From positions 1 to 59,688 of the forward strand of contig JAFQMP010000063.1 in the NCBI GenBank assembly GCA_017396225.1: 59,688 nucleotides of DNA, read 5' to 3'. Of this stretch, positions 58,293-59,688 are shown piece after piece; positions within the stretch are counted from its first letter, which is position 1; each line of letters begins with the position of its first letter. Below the pieces are notes generated by a model. That model made no database searches. It worked only from the letters and a program-made list of their open reading frames with translations, and had not been told where the DNA came from. The translations under genes and the position numbers were made by a program. This stretch comes from Clostridia bacterium. GTDB taxonomy: Bacteria > Bacillota > Clostridia > Oscillospirales > CAG-272.

Positions 58293-59105
58293 ATGTCACC
58301 TACCGTATGGACCGCCGGCATCTACAATCTTTTTTCGGACGGCGTCATCAACCTGATTCGAAGCAAAGCAAACCCCAGTGAAACCGGCGAAGCACTGCTT
58401 GTCGGCCTTGGTCTTGTCCTTGTTGTCATTCTCTCCTATCTACTCGGCAGTATCAACTGGGCAATCGTTGTTTCCCGCGTCTTTTATCACGATGATATCC
58501 GCCGTCACGGCAGCGGCAACGCAGGCACCACCAACGTCCTGCGCACCTACGGCAAAAAGGCCGCTGTCATCACCTTCCTCGGCGACGGTCTGAAGGGTGT
58601 GCTCTCTATCGTGCTTGCCTGCATCATCTTCGGTTTCTCGATGATTGGCGGCATCAATGAGGCAGGCTTTGTCTCCTATGACGTACACTACATTCACCTG
58701 ATTACCGCTGCCTATCTCGCCGCATTCTTTGCCATGCTCGGTCATATCTTCCCCATTTTCTCAAGGTTCCGCGGCGGCAAGGGCTTTGCCACCTTTCTCT
58801 TTACCGTCATGGCGTTAAACCCCATTATCTGCCTGATGCTGATTGCCATTTTTATCATCATCGTCAGCGGCACACATTATGTGTCGCTCGGCTCGATTGT
58901 CACCGTGGCGTTCTACCCCGTTTTGCTCGGCAGCTTTGACACGTCCATTTCGCACTACGGCATCAATACCCTCTTTGCCTTCCTTATGGCAGCCATTGTG
59001 GTATGGAGTCACCGCGCCAACCTGAAGCGCCTGCTGAATCGCTCCGAGAACAAAACCTATTTCTTCAAAAAGAAACCCACCAAAAGCGAAGACGAAGCAA
59101 AATGA
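58293..59105 (+). CDS. plsY: glycerol-3-phosphate acyltransferase PlsY
   Basis: GSGNAGTTNVLRT, GDGLKG, HIFPIFSRFRGGKGFAT motifs; GGAGG RBS at ATG 58293 supports an N-terminal extension of about 45 aa. Confidence 0.88.
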   Translation: MSPTVWTAGIYNLFSDGVINLIRSKANPSETGEALLVGLGLVLVVILSYLLGSINWAIVVSRVFYHDDIRRHGSGNAGTTNVLRTYGKKAAVITFLGDGLKGVLSIVLACIIFGFSMIGGINEAGFVSYDVHYIHLITAAYLAAFFAMLGHIFPIFSRFRGGKGFATFLFTVMALNPIICLMLIAIFIIIVSGTHYVSLGSIVTVAFYPVLLGSFDTSISHYGINTLFAFLMAAIVVWSHRANLKRLLNRSENKTYFFKKKPTKSEDEAK

Positions 59106-59688
59106 AGCACTATACCGAACTATCCGCACTCACCCTGCTGGCAGCGTCGAGAGAAGCCTTAAAAAAGCTGGTGCTGACCGAGCCCGCCGATGCGGAAACA
59201 ATCCGTGCCGTCGGCACGCTCCGTCTGATAGGCGGCAAGCTCTGCCTGCAAATCGAGCGCTTTACACGCGACGGTAAGGCCAGACACGAAAACATTTCCA
59301 TGGATAAGGCGGGCGAGGCACGCCTTGCCGCCTGTCTTTCAGGCTTTCACCGTGCCAATCTGCTGACCACGGCAGGCGATGCCGAGCTGCGCAGGAACAA
59401 GCGTGGCGAATACCTCTTGCTTGGCAGCGACAAGCTTTCCCGCAAGCTGGCGGGAAATACCGCAGCCGCCGTCGAGATTGTCGGCAACGACAAGAAAAAG
59501 ACGCGTATTCTCAAGGGTAATGAGCCTTTTCTGAGACTGCTTGGCGTATCCGATGAGAATGGTCGCGTCTATGACAAAAAGGGCGCAAAATTCCGCCAGA
59601 TTAACCGCTTTTTAGAGCTAATCCGCGACACGCTCCCTCACCTGCCCAAGGAAGAAATCGTGATTGCCGACCTCTGCTGCGGCAAGAG
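59102..59688 (+). CDS. putative SAM-dependent methyltransferase, 5' partial (runs off the window)
   Basis: Open frame from ATG 59102 (ATGA overlap with the plsY stop) to the window end; ends in VIADLCCGK, resembling methyltransferase motif I. Confidence 0.5.
   Translation, partial: MKHYTELSALTLLAASREALKKLVLTEPADAETIRAVGTLRLIGGKLCLQIERFTRDGKARHENISMDKAGEARLAACLSGFHRANLLTTAGDAELRRNKRGEYLLLGSDKLSRKLAGNTAAAVEIVGNDKKKTRILKGNEPFLRLLGVSDENGRVYDKKGAKFRQINRFLELIRDTLPHLPKEEIVIADLCCGK

Noticed and set aside
1-59688. Scan for rRNA, tRNA, CRISPR arrays, IS elements/transposases, integrases, prophage or defence-system genes
   Set aside because: No intergenic region exceeds about 300 nt. No cloverleaf-like sequences, spaced direct repeats, terminal inverted repeats or recombinase-like ORFs were seen, and every large ORF is accounted for by housekeeping or metabolic families.

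Overview
GC-rich (roughly 58%) Firmicutes/Clostridia-type chromosomal segment, probably Oscillospirales-like judging from protein sequences and gene order. It is densely packed with about 53 protein genes, almost all core housekeeping. Recognisable units, in order: metallophosphoesterase-pepP-hemW-lepA (minus); a lone Gfo/Idh/MocA oxidoreductase; an untracked 31-aa Cys-rich membrane peptide; DUF1893 plus an aldo/keto-reductase-ferredoxin fusion; an ArsB/NhaD-type permease; cardiolipin synthase; trxA-trxB; an L-fucose cluster (AraC regulator, fucI, class II aldolase, FGGY kinase); a 7-gene glycogen operon (glgB-C-D-A-P, GH13, unknown 112-aa protein); holB-ricT, ferredoxin, yabB-like methyltransferase, amidase, rsmI, asd; NUDIX; rimP-nusA-ylxR-ylxQ-infB; yybS-gdpP-rplI-dnaB-tilS-ftsH; a split double-activase/2-hydroxyacyl-CoA-dehydratase-like (double-cubane-type) pair; three translationally coupled small unknown ORFs; a nucleotidyltransferase with a Wzz/BY-kinase-like protein carrying a degenerate P-loop; PAP2 phosphatase, plsY and a partial methyltransferase. 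I saw no rRNA, tRNA, CRISPR array, transposase, integrase, phage or defence genes. I could not identify an unambiguous new system. The best candidates for follow-up are the three-gene small-protein operon (54144-55026), the split activase/dehydratase-like redox pair (49807-54061), the tiny Cys-rich peptide (6226-6321), the pseudo-kinase Wzz fusion (56035-57345), and an apparent 1-nt frameshift at the 3' end of lepA. All family calls rest on motif recognition by eye, with no database searches.
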